From Octopus vulgaris (lineage: Eukaryota): 64,000 nt of DNA. Below the pieces are notes generated by a model. That model saw only the letters and a program-made list of their open reading frames with translations. It was not told the DNA's origin and made no database searches. Every line of letters starts with the position of its first letter. Position 1 is the first letter of the stretch. The position numbers were made by a program, and so were the translations under genes. This document shows positions 1 to 14,671 of this stretch, one piece after another. Location: the NCBI GenBank assembly GCA_951406725.2, contig OX597824.1, positions 39,742,001 through 39,806,000 of the forward strand. The letters are read 5' to 3'.

Positions 1-1680
1 TATCATGCTACAAGTGACACAGTGCATCGTTCGGGGAATAACTATTTAATATAATCTGGAAATTGTGTAAGCTTTACTGGATTATAAGAGCTACAGAAAG
101 GTTTTTAACAGATAGGCCATAAATATCGTATGATGGCGATACAACAGGTTGAAGTAGCGAAGGAATTTTTGAAATAAAATTGGGAAATGCTTATAACCTA
201 ACGCACCTTTTATCCAATCAGTTTATCCCTATAAACGTGAATAGTCACTCTCTCGACAATTAACTTCAGCGCCTTAAAATCAAGTTGAAAGAACATTGTG
301 GCACTAAAGAGAGATACGTTAGTCCTATATCTAACTAATTATTGGCTTATGGCAGAGTGTGTGAATGTAAATCGAAAACAAGCTGATTTTACTGCCTGGT
401 AACGATTCTCGACTTAAGAGATTTACGTCAATTCACTTCACTTATTGCGTTAATACATTTGTGAAAACATCAACATCACACAAACTCATTGTCTTTCTCT
501 ATAGATAAACAATCTTGCACCCTTACAAGTGAAAACAATTATATTCTTGATAGATGAGTCCAGTTGATTAAAAGTTGGATTAAAAGTAACACGTCAAACT
601 GATACAGTCTTTGTTTACTTGTTAATATTCTCTGCTATTAATTTCCCTTCAATGCCCTTCAGTTGATATCAAAATATTATTATGTATCGTTTTTAACTCG
701 GATATAACATTATTATCGTGGAATAATAGTAAGATCATGAGTATGTAGTATATTTTGAACGGGCGAAGCGTTTGAGTGCTTTAGATGCAAATGTGTGTTG
801 CCTATTGTATATATGAGATAATGACAGAACAAACGAAGAAAACACATAAAACACTCAACATATTTCGTATTTAATTTCAGCTTGACACAGCACCACATTA
901 CTAAAGTTTCTTCCCAGTCTTCGAACCCTTGACTAGGTGAGTACGTTCCACGCGCCACGAAACTTTAAGTAATGCGGAGCTGAGTTTAGGCACACTACTG
1001 ACAAATACCATCAGGATGAACCTGTTCAGCCCAGTGTTCTAGTTTTGCTTTGCTCATGGGGCAGTTATCTACTCTGTCAGAATATATATAAATGCGATAT
1101 TACGCAGCTATAAGTGGTTTAACTCTTAGTTCTAGCAATATATCTTCTTCCAGCACATAGTCACAATCAGTGACGACCAAATTTTACCTGTACGGTTTAT
1201 ATTGCACCCAGCTATCCACATTAAGTACCCTATCTATATGTGTATGTATACGTATTCAAGTGGTATACAAATTAAAAACTGTAAAGATTACATAACATCT
1301 AATATTTTATATTTTATATGGTGTGCGCATGTGCAAATATACAGCATATTGATGTTGTCAAAATGCCAACGTGAGGGAAATAACCAATGCTATGTTTTTT
1401 GGATGAATACTTAGATTTAACCATCAGTCACTTTTGCCTTTGTGACCTTTCTTACCATAAGAAATCTCGTTTGACATCTAATTTGTATTCAACCTCAAAA
1501 AGAGCTAAATAACAGTAATATTCAAACTTCGTTTGAATTTCATTTACACGAAACTATAGGTGTCGCACTAAGAGCATTTAAATATTAAGAGAAAGTATTC
1601 ATCCCAAATTTAGTGTTGATTACTCTTTTTCTAATTCGTTATTTATATGCCTGTGTGTGAATGTGTGTGTCATTCAAAAT

Positions 1681-1871
1681 GTGACCGCGTGTGTACCGTT
1701 GGCGATTTTTTTCCCTCCGTCTTCCTTTCTTTGGATCTTTCCTTTTCCTATGTTTCTGACGAAGAGCTCCGCTCGAAACGTTAAACCCGCCTTTCCTTCT
1801 TTCCTGAGCGTCCAATAATATTATACTTATTCCACGTCCTCGCGTTGTTGTGTTTTCATGTTTGGATTAAC
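1681..1871 (+). mobile_element. Short ORF-less Penelope-like pLTR/retrozyme-type element carrying a hammerhead motif, abutting (TA)n
   Basis: Pyrimidine-rich segment, then hammerhead core at 1752-1786, then a T/G-rich 3' part running into (TA)n. Same layout and similar sequence at 43330-43530. Confidence 0.65.
1752..1786 (+). ncRNA. Minimal type I hammerhead ribozyme motif
   Basis: GTTT-CTGACGA-A-GAGC(tcc)GCTC-GAAA-CG-TT-AAAC: stem I GUUU/AAAC, stem II GAGC/GCUC, palindromic ACGU in place of stem III (dimer-type). Confidence 0.7.
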
Positions 1872-1900
1872 TATATATATATATACATTCACACACAGGC

Positions 1901-1990
<90 letters not shown>
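1872..1990. repeat. (TA)n microsatellite
   Basis: Direct inspection; short interruption near 1885-1901. Confidence 0.95.
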
Positions 1991-1992
<2 letters not shown>

Positions 1993-2154
1993 ATGGAGGA
2001 ATTGTACAAAATGTATAAATTGAGATTGAGTAAAGCCCCGACACGGTTTCGATTACCTGTTGTTATACTTAGATTTACTGCAGGAACGTCGTAGTGGCGT
2101 TTGAAGTAACTGTATTAATAAAATAGGAGGGGGACTGTGTAATAGACTTTATTG

Positions 2155-2196
2155 GTTCAACACATACTTCGACCCCTTCTGGGTCTCTTCATGTAC
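2155..2196 (-). ncRNA. Degenerate hammerhead motif in a pLTR-like remnant (about 1995-2250)
   Basis: Minus strand reads ATGAAGA-GACCC(agaag)GGGTC-GAAG-TATGTGTT, followed by AATAAA. Two core substitutions (CTGAAGA to ATGAAGA, GAAA to GAAG). Confidence 0.5.
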
Positions 2197-2289
2197 ATCA
2201 ATAAAAAGTCTCACTAGAGATTTCTTGAGTCGGTTTACGTACCCGCTATATGTCCATCAAATTCAAGAATATATATTATATGTGCGCGC

Positions 2290-2339
<50 letters not shown>

Positions 2340-3909
2340 TTGTGTGCGTCTGTATGTGAGTGTGTGTGTGCTTGTGTGCCTGTATATGTGTGTGTGGGTG
2401 TGTTGTATGTGTGTGCTTGTGTGAGGTCCTTCGTTGAATAACTAAGATGACCATTATACAATGAAGTAGTCAATACATGTGACTGTGGAAAGTTTAACTA
2501 TTTCTATTTGAATCATGATTTCAGTGTTAGTATATGATATAGCTGCATTTTGTTTACATTTCTGATGTGTAATTCGTGTGTAACGCCTTGTGGATTATGA
2601 CATAGGAAGCGTCATACTTATTCCGTTGAGTGAATTATAATGTGTAAATCGATGATTTCGTTGCTGTTGTCGTTATTGTTGTTGATGATGATGATGCTAT
2701 TGTTGTTGAATTATATGAAACTTGATTATGTTTCTTGGTGAAATGCTCCCTCCAGTGATTTGAAGTTTGTAAAGAATTTTCCAATGTACATTGGTGTAAT
2801 TGTGTGTGTGTGTGTATGTGTGTGTGTGTGTGTTATGCATATGCATGTGTGTGTGGGTGTGGGTGTGGGTGTGGGTGTGTGTGTGTGTGTGTGTGAGTGC
2901 TTATCTTTTAAGGATAATGGACAAATGGTTAGAGAAAAGTTGGAAGTTGTTTGGCATGTTGTTGCGATAACTAGGTGTGTGGAACAGATGATGATGTTTG
3001 CAGAAAGGATGCTGCTGGCCTTATGACATGTGTGTATTAATGCGAGTTGTTCACCATATAAACCGAACTTAGTTGCTAGAATATTGCGACACTATGTGTG
3101 TTATCTGTATTTTTAGAGAACCAACAAGTTTCTATCGCATAATTAATAAAGAAAACAAATATTTCAGATTAAAAATGATGAACTTTCAAAATGTAAGATT
3201 GAGGTATTGAATGTGCCATTGGATACCGGAAATAAACGACGCTATAATTCATAAACTACGCTACGAAATAAATTTGTGTGTGTATGTGCGCACGTGTGTT
3301 CGAGTGTGTGTGTGCCTTTGTCTTTGTATGTGTGTGCATGCGTACGTGTGTGTGCGTGTGTGTGCGTGAGCGGGCGTACATGTAACGCAAACTCAGATTG
3401 ATCGCGTCAACGATGACGACATTCTGAGGTTGAAATCTTCAAACAAATGAGACAGCTCATTAAATCAGGTTATCCTCGATAGACATTCGAAAATATAGAC
3501 GGTCCGATTACCACAGGAATGCCTTTGAGCATTGGTCTGCTCAGTCAGGGCTAGCCTGAAGTATAATAATCATAATTTGGTTTAATAGAGGCTTACATCC
3601 AAAATTTATTGTACAAAGCGTACAACGCCTTTTACATTTTGTCTGCTGGGGCCGCGAGAAATATTTCTAAATATATTGTGAGTGGATTTCGTGGACGGAA
3701 GCTGGGAGAAGTTAATCATGTATTAAGTGTACAATTAATCGAGGCTTGCATCAAAATTTATTATACAAGTGAGAGTAAAGTTAGTAATTGAACCCGCGAC
3801 GATATCTTGGCTTGGAGAAAGCTACCTCCTTCTCAGTCACTACAAACACAGAACGATTCGCACAAATGATTTTCAACAACTGAAAGTAAGATTTGTTAGT
3901 TTTGGGTTT

Positions 3910-3910
<1 letters not shown>

Positions 3911-3972
<62 letters not shown>

Positions 3973-4039
3973 CTATTATTATTTTTATTATCATTATTAT
4001 TTTTATTATCATTATTATTATTATTATTATTGTTATTAC

Positions 4040-4087
<48 letters not shown>
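3911..4087. repeat. (TTA)n microsatellite
   Basis: Direct inspection. Confidence 0.95.
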
Positions 4088-4360
4088 CTGTGAAACAATT
4101 ATCAAACAACAGGATTGCACTTTAAAATATCCATTTTCATTCCAAATTTATCATTTTACCTCCAAGGGTTTATTGCATATGTATGTAGGTTGATACTTAC
4201 ACATAAATATTTTAGTTTGTGTGTTTGTGTTATGTATATGTATGCGTATGTGGTTGATAAGTGACATGTACGAAACTTGCAGCCCTTGAATCTCTTTTGT
4301 AAACTTTCTACTGATTAAAAATTTTAAAAATTGCATTTACATACACACGCGTTCACACGC

Positions 4361-4374
4361 GCATCATCATCATC

Positions 4375-4406
<32 letters not shown>

Positions 4407-4465
4407 CTGTTTCATCATTATTATTATTATTACTTACGAGTGTACTTATTATTATTATCATTATT

Positions 4466-4496
<31 letters not shown>

Positions 4497-4521
4497 CACA
4501 TCATCATCATCATCATCATCA

Positions 4522-4577
<56 letters not shown>

Positions 4578-4845
4578 CTGTGAAACAATTATCTGTTTTA
4601 CTATGTGTTTGCCTGTATATCTGCGTTTGCGTGTGTGTGTAGTGTACGTGCGTATGAGTGTGATGTGTGTGTATGTGATGTATGTGCGCGTGTGTGCATA
4701 TGTGCGCGCATGTGTGGTGTGTGTGTGTGTGTGTGTGTGTATATGATTGTGAATTTGTCTATTTTTATTTGAGATCATTTCTCTTTCTTCACTCCTCTCT
4801 CCATTTCTCTCTCTGTCCTTATCTCCCTATCTCCTTTTCTCCCTC

Positions 4846-4892
<47 letters not shown>

Positions 4893-4900
4893 TCTCTCTG
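4361..4900. repeat. Compound (CAT)n/(TAT)n/(TG)n/(CT)n microsatellite block
   Basis: Direct inspection. Confidence 0.9.
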
Positions 4901-5152
4901 AAGCTAATAAAATCTATATAAAAACCATTCCTCAATATCACGAACTCATCGATATAATATATTTTTGCCAAGAGATATTCATATCAACTTCCGGTAACGT
5001 GTAAGTAGCTTTAAAATAAAAAAGTATTAACTACTCTACCCTATCTATAAATAGGAATTTGAAGAAAATTTTGACGAATGTTAAAACACTAACAACAACA
5101 TACACGTCATCAATGAGGACTAAGCTACAGTATCACCGCTACAACTATGATA

Positions 5153-5208
<56 letters not shown>

Positions 5209-5271
5209 TAATAGTAATAATAATAATAATAAGTAGTAGTAGTAGTAGTAGTAGTAGTATCGGTAGTCGTA

Positions 5272-5465
5272 AGTCGGAGAGCTGGCAGTATCGTTGATAA
5301 GCTGAGGAAAAGTGCTAAGCACTATTTCTTAACTTTACGTTCTGTGTTCAAAATCCGCCGAGTTCGATTTTTATCCATCCCTTTGATCATAGGTAGAATA
5401 AAGTATTAGTTGAGCACTGAGGTCGATGTACTTGACTAACCCCTTCCCACAAAATTCCAGACCTG
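5272..5465 (+). mobile_element. Degenerate SINE family A copy
   Basis: gagctggcagtatcgtt...ttacgttctgtgttcaaaatccgccgag... aligns by eye with the intact copies at 16905 and 31993. Confidence 0.75.
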
Positions 5466-5481
5466 TAGGAAGAATTTATTA

Positions 5482-5644
5482 TTCGTAGCTGACGGTTATA
5501 AGTTTGTTGAGGGGACTTGGTCAAAGAGTGTGTATTAAAAGTGAAACAATCACACCACGGACTGTCATTTTACCCATTTTGAAAACATACGAAATTCATT
5601 GTATTTATTTCCGCTGATTTTGTAACCGTCAGCTACGAACTGTA
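5482..5644. mobile_element. MITE-like element with 17-bp terminal inverted repeats
   Basis: ttcgtagctgacggtta (5482-5498) / taaccgtcagctacgaa (5623-5639). The right end continues ...ctg|ta, as in Tc1/mariner CAG termini at TA sites. Confidence 0.55.
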
Positions 5645-7134
5645 ACATATTTTCGTGGATATTCTGCGTCCTACTCGCTGGCAGAATTCTAAGGCGTTTA
5701 CATTATTTGACACTTCATAAGGAAGTAAAATAGTAGAATCGTTAAAAACGTCTAAGAGGAAAAACTATTCCGAATCCCGCCGAGATCAACTTTAACTTTT
5801 AAACTATGTCAATATAATAAAGGACCAATCACGTACTGGGGTCGACGGTTACGATTGACACGCCCCTTACCCATAAAACTTCAGGATTTTACTTAAATTA
5901 GAAGCCGTTACCGTATTTTATCGGCATATAATTTAAATTTCCAGACCAGAGTCTATAGCCAAACGGAAGGTAGTTCGACTTATACTCCAAGATGATTTCA
6001 TAGGACCCCAAAAGATCAATGTAAAATGCAGCAAGATTTAGAAGATAGCGAAGATGTTTGAATGTTTTACGCTACATGTTTATACCACGTGCAACATCAA
6101 CTCGTATGCCGGAACATGATATTTGCTTCGTTACAGAAAATAAAACTGTTGAAAGAAATGAAACTCTTTCTGTCCTTAGTTCAAATCACGCTGATGTCAA
6201 GTTTGTCTTCCATCTTTTCGGGGTCGTTATAATGAAGTACTCGTCAAGTACTGGGATCGGTATCAACAAACACACTTCCCTCAAAATTTCTAGCGTTGTG
6301 CCAATATTTGGAACCATTATTACTATGATCATCAAAGAAAACAATAATTAACAAGGAATCATCAACATTATATTGCTGAGCAAGTTATTAACCCTACATC
6401 AGACAAGGCCTCATATTTAGAGGGCATACAAAACGTTCCCCACTTTCGTAAGACAGAGCTATAACATTCTCTTTGTCCAGTTCCATACCCTATGACTCTT
6501 CTCCCAGCCATGCTTTTTTTCTGCTTAGACCAGACATTTGTAAATCCATGTGTGCTATGCTGTGACTGTCTTTATAGTTGTTGAGTCTTTAAAATGGGCT
6601 CATTGAGTTCTAAAAGCACAATTACAGCATTATATTTCTTTTCGCTTCAAAATAATAGCGTTTTGTTTCACAACGCTTTTACTGTTTTGGGTGTGTTTGC
6701 TTTATTTGTGTGTGGGGGGGGGTCTTTTTTGTGCGTGTCATATTTTTCTTTGTATCTGTCAAAACATTTAACATGAACGTGGCATTTCTCGCCGTTGAAT
6801 GTTAATAGGAAAAAAAATTAACAAATAGTAAGTAATTATATTTTTTCAACGAAATGAGCAAAAAATTAACGAGCGACAACTACTTACCTTTCTTTCAATC
6901 AAATTGAGTAACCTGCCAGAAAGAAAAGGTCAATCAATTTTGAAAGCGAAAATAATAATCACGAAAGAATAAACCAGAAACCGCTTCGAATAAACCGCTT
7001 TGAGCGGCATATCTTATCACGACGCAATCTTATAATGAGGATGAAGATGGTGATAATGATGATGATGGTGATGTTAGTGATGATCTTTTCTTTAGTTTTT
7101 GTTTTTAATCCCTATTTATTCAGGATAATAATAA

Positions 7135-9100
7135 TGATTTCTTTATCAACTACTAAAGGGGTTATAGAAAGAGTAAAACCACTACTGGCTGATACAGTGC
7201 AATATGATATGATAATGGGTTACATAAAGGCATGTAAAGAGTGAAATAACAAAAAATAAAGAAGTAAAAACTCGAACAAGAAAATTATCCTAAAAGGGTA
7301 GAAGCCCCAAAGAACCAGTCACTCTGATTGCAGGGGCAAGTGCCCACTTTTTATTCTCCTCATTCAACCTATACGCGCATGCTGAGAGTAGATGTGTTCG
7401 CTTGGACCATTTTTGTTAATCTGATCCAAATTCGACAAATTTGCGTTAAGGCAGCAGTTCTCTCTTCAATCTCACTTTCCTTTCCAAGTGGAACTCGTAA
7501 AAGTTGACGGTTTGGTCAAATAGTCTTTTCAATCTGGTCTACTACACACCCTCTTTCGCTAAGTAAGCATTCTCCTGTCTGAGTACAGCCGTGTTTGACT
7601 AGAGATGAGAAAAAAGGTCACTTTATATTCCTAAACGTAGTTCCTCCTTCAGGCAAGGTGTGGATATTTTCACAAGCAGTTCCTTATATAGTCCTTTTAT
7701 ATTTGAAAAAAAAAAAATTATGTAAACGGAATTCTATTGCTTAATGTAACGTAGTTATTGTCTGTGATGTGTGTATTTTACTGAATATGGTTGATTAGTT
7801 CTTTATTGTTTGTATTTATGGCTGCGCAGTTCATGATTTCCTCTCTCCTTTCTTTTGTGTGTGTCGAGGTATGTGTCCTGATTGTTAGTGTCTGTGTTAG
7901 AGGTATTCTTCTATCTATTTGCTTCTGATTGTGCTTGTGATGATGGTGCCAGTGATAGCAGTGCTGATAGTTGTGCGAATGATGGTTTTGATAGCGCTGG
8001 TATAACTGTTTGGGAGCTGGTGTTGGTGAGTCGTTGCTTGAAGGCAACGTATCTCTCAATTTTTTTGGATTAGCGTACTTTTGTTTCATTTTTTTCTTTA
8101 CTTTTGTTACCATTTGTCACTTGGGGTTCTCCCATTCGCGTTCATTACTTTATAGCCTTGTGTAGTGGCAATCGGAGAAGGGCATGCTTCGGGAAGGTTG
8201 GTGGCGTTGTTTTATTACTGCTATTTTGTAATTTTTCTATTGCTGTTGTTGTTGCCACTGGGGTCTGCGGTATTGTTGTCCTTGATGTTGGTTTCTTTTC
8301 TGTTGTTTTAGTTGTTGTTGCTGATGTTGCTGCGGTGGATGTTGTTGTGGCCATCTGCCGCTATTGACGCTGCTGCTGTTTTTGCTGTGCGTGTTGATGG
8401 TATTGGCATAAGTGGTGGTCTTCCTTCTTTCCATTACTATGGAGTGAAAGCTTTGAGGGGATTTATGCCACCACATAAGTGACAACTCACCCTTCGACAC
8501 TCAGTGGCATCGTATAGTTTTGTGACGTATGGCAGATGAATCATGTCGAACATGATCCCTTAGTGATCACTGTGGATCCATAGCTCCATCCTTTTGCCCG
8601 AACATTCTGTTTTTGCAGTCTCTGTATCTCCAGAATCATGGTTTTTATTTTCTATATCGAAGATGAAAGCTACTACCAACCAGCTGATGTATATTTCTGG
8701 CGGCATGTTAACAAACTTTATTTTGACTATTCTGCGACCAATGTAGGTTAGGATGAGAACCAGTTCGTCACACTTTCCTCTGTGCTTCTTCTGTGGGGTG
8801 TCTCAACTCTACTGAGTTGAATCTTTTTCTAATGCCTTATGTTTTGCTTCCTCCGATTGATATGAAGCATATTTTAGTCTGCTGGTGTGCAACACATTCT
8901 ATTTTGCTACTTTTTGTGACTATAGTTTTAGATACGACTGTTCTAAGGCTGGTTTGTTACTGGATGTATTCTGTGGTTTTGAGTTCCACATTTCTGCATC
9001 ATTTCATGAGGGTATTTCTGCAGTTTTTAAAATCATTCAAATTGATAAAAATTGTTTCCATTATTTGGCGTTTCACGCCATCGAATACGCCAACACTAGA
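7135..9100 (-). mobile_element. Decayed, internally deleted L1/Tx1-like non-LTR element (ORF1 remnant plus probable ORF2 C-terminus and 3' UTR)
   Basis: Minus strand near 8670-8765 reads LVLILTYIGRRIVKIKFVNMPPEIYISWLVVAF, homologous to LVLLPTYVGKRISKIKIGEAPPEIDVVWVVAA in ORF 59308-59781. A degenerate knuckle (CHLCGG) lies near 8465-8485. FYEFHLERKVRLKREL near 7455-7505 resembles Tx1-type ORF2 ends. Confidence 0.55.
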
Positions 9101-9137
9101 TTTGCAAGTTTTGTTTTCATTTTGTATGAGTGTGTGT

Positions 9138-9186
<49 letters not shown>

Positions 9187-12100
9187 TGTGTGTGTGTTAG
9201 CGTTAATGATGTTGGTGGCGGTAGATGTATAACTTGTCGATGTATTGAATGGATAAATAGGTTTGTGTTTATTTGTTATACGGTCCCATTTTTGTTGTTG
9301 TTGTTTTGCTGCTGCTGTCGCTGCTTTTGTTGTTTTCTCATTACTACTACTACTACTACTACTACTACTGTCGCTACTTTTGTTCTTGTAGTTGTTGTTG
9401 AGGCTTTCGTTGTTACTGCTACCGCTGCTGCTGCTGCTGTTGCTACTGCTCTTGTTGTTGCTACTGTTGTTTCTATTGTTACTGCAGTTACCGTTTTAAA
9501 TTATGTATGAAACATTGTCTGAAAAGTTTTATAGGAGAAGCTGAGTGCGAAGGAGCAATTTATCAAAATATCTACCGTCTTCCTTTCTTCTTGGTTCGGT
9601 GATGAAAACGACGCCATTTTGATATTGCTTTTTATGTTTCGAAAGAAGACATTTTTGTCTTTTAAAATATAACCCCCCAAGGCAAGCAACAAAATCATCT
9701 AATAAAGGCCTTATAGCTCTGGTCAGCTAAAAGAAAACGTAGAACAATACTATTCACAAAAACATACTAACAAGGAAAATAATGTGTAAACTGACGGAAA
9801 TTCCGAATTACGTACTGTTTTCGTGATAAATAACAACTAAAACAACACCAACAACAATATATTTGGCACAAAAGTAGTACTTTTGAGGGGTTTAGTCAAT
9901 AACAGCATCCTTTGTACTTACTTGATAATTGATTTATCGAATGCGAAAGGATGACACGCAAAGAGGAGCTTGGTGAAACTTAATCTCAGAACGTAGTCAG
10001 TCGGAAGAAATGCTACTAGGCCTTTCGTTGGGTGGTTATTGGTTGGTTGGCTGGTTGGCTGGCTGGTTGCTTGGTTGCTTGCTTGGTTGCTTGCTTGCTT
10101 GCTTGGTTGGCTGGCTGGCTGGCTTGTTGTTTGGTTGGTTAAAGTCCCCGGCACAACTTTACTTCATATACAGTGAGAAGAAGAGGAAGACATTATATGA
10201 TAAAAACAAAGATATTTAACAGGGTGAGTGGTCATACTAAGCTTGGTGAGAGGCAATAAATAAGTGAAAGGTACACACACATGCACGCACGCACACGCCA
10301 CACATACACAATGAGAGAGGAAGAGAGAGAGCAATAACCGAGTAGTTACGGGAAGAGTAATACAAGGGCAACTTATTTCATTCATTTGGTTTATGAAATA
10401 TTTTCTCTTGAAAAATTTTCAGTTCAACATTTTGTATAAGCATCAAAAAATTTGCTAAAATTAAAAATATGATTAATATACGTTTGTCATATTTCCTAAT
10501 ATCATCCATAGTGGCAAAACTATAATTTATACTTCCAAAGTTACTTACTGAATGATGAGTAAAATTTTAGCAATCAGTAAAATTTTAAGTGTGTCATGAT
10601 TTGTATCCGTCGAGTTGAAGAAATAAAACGTCCATCAGGCAGTCCTGTTTTTGATATTACCTGTGCTATTATCCACTGCATTTGATGTGAAGATATGATA
10701 ATTGCTTAGACAATGAAGTCACCTCGGTTATTACAGAGACAATTAAGTTGAGTGAGAAATGACTATCACATTGCAGGAAGATTTGCTAGTTATCTAGACT
10801 ACCAAGCTGAATTAGTTTATACTTAGACACATAATGTGAAGTCGAATTTTATCAATGTGAAGATAAAATGGATTAACTTCTGCTTCAACCTATCCCGTCA
10901 TGATTATGAAAGATTTTAAGAAACGAATGGAGGTATGTTGAAAACAGGAAACCACTCTAATAGCAAGACTTGTAACAATATCTGTAACATGATTACAACG
11001 TTACATAATTTATGTTGTGGAGTCAATTTAATTATATCAACTCTATTAATTTGGGAACACTAGTTGAGCAAACTGAATATGACATATTTGGCTGGTTGGC
11101 TGGTTACCTGTGTAATTTGAGAGGCATCCGCCAAATGGTTTTGGCAGGTCACATGACGCAGTATTATTGGCTCGAAGTAATTATCTCCATGGCCCTCATT
11201 AGAAGCATGTCTAAAAACTTTTTACAGAGATAAAATGTTTCGATTTTGAGGAATGAGTATTTCTAATTATGTTGATACTACTAATTGGCTTGTATTTATA
11301 TTATAGCTACCGGAATGATAAAATGTAAACTTAGCAACGAGGAATTTGAAAGCAGAACGTAACGGCTCACGACGAAATACAGTTTGCTTGGCACTCCAGT
11401 AAATCTGTCGTTCTCCAGCTTTCATAATTTAATCATAGAAGCTAAGAAAATTACTTGTTGGCCACATAAAAGTAACTATTTAATAAATAACTGTTGCGGA
11501 GAGAAATAAAAACAACTGGAGGAAAGAAATAGCTTGTAGAAGGGGAAAAAAGCAGAATATAGCAATGGAGGAAGGAGCAACAGATTGACTAAGTGCATTT
11601 CATTGGAAGCAAAATCTTTCATAAATACGAAAGAAAAATGGAAAATAAAAAAATACGTATGACAACAGTTACTTAATAGAAAAATTATGAAACTTGGCTA
11701 CCTTATTTCATTCATTGACATAAAAAGCGTTGGCAAACAAAGGTGGTCTTTTTCGCTTGCACAAGCTTTCGTGAGACAGAAAACAACATGGTTGCAGCTT
11801 TTCACTCATGACTTTCAAAGGTTATGTTGCATACCAATGTTATTGCTTCATTATTTTGTATGTAATTTTGTTTCTTTGATTTTTTTTTGTATAAACATCT
11901 TGAGAAAAAAGAAGAGGCAAAATCCAACGATAAATGATTAGTGTTAAGACAGAAACTCGAAGGAATAAGATAAAAGGTTAAAAGAAAGTTATGCTTTTTT
12001 CACACCAGTCGACCATAAATTGATCAGATTTATCATTAAAGGTGTTCCAACTGTGACCATTCCTTTTCGTAGAAGGCTATAATCGATTATATTGACCCCG

Positions 12101-12189
12101 GCATATGAAGACAGCGGATATTTGATTCAATGATTGTGGAAAAAAATGAAAAGTGTTCTTCAGAGGGATTCGAAGAAAACAGAAGCACA

Positions 12190-12385
<196 letters not shown>

Positions 12386-13114
12386 TTTTCGATTACATCG
12401 ATTCCAGTATTTCACTGGTACTTAACTTATCGACCCCGAAAAGATAAAAAGCAATGTCAACCTCGGCGAAATTTTAAGAATAATAACAATAATTATTAAA
12501 AAATTAGAAATAATTATAAAAAAACAACAACAATAGTTTCTAATTTTTTAGCACAATGCTGGCAATATTCAGCAGTTGGGATTGATCTATTATACCGATC
12601 ACAGTATTAGACTGCTACTTTATTTTATCGAAATGATAAAAAGTAAAACTGATCTCCGAAGATTTTGAACTTAGAACGTGATAATGATGTTAACAACAAG
12701 AACGGAAATAATAATTTCTTCAAAATTTGGCACAACGCTGGCAAATTTTTGGAGGGCTAAATTCATTCTATGGTTCCTTTTTAGTAAAGGAATTTTCTGG
12801 AGGATGGTATCGAAGGCTTCATTGTTAAGGGGTGGGGGGCTATGTATGGAGATGTATGATAGGGCTTCTTTAGTATGGGCTGTCTGAGTTCATGGATGTT
12901 GAGTTGTAGAGCATGTTGAAAGCCTATATTAATTAGTGGAAATATAATATTAAAAAAACATTTCATTTAATTTTTTCACAATTTAATTGTTTTTCATACT
13001 TTACTCTAAGTTCAAAAAATTGCAACGACTGAAACTGGTACTAAAATATTCTTCATGATAAAATTATTTTAGCATTTTCTACCTTGTTTTACTTTCCTTA
13101 TATATACGTGTATA

Positions 13115-13196
<82 letters not shown>

Positions 13197-13203
13197 TATA
13201 TTA

Positions 13204-14627
<1,424 letters not shown>

Positions 14628-14636
14628 AATATATAC

Positions 14637-14671
<35 letters not shown>

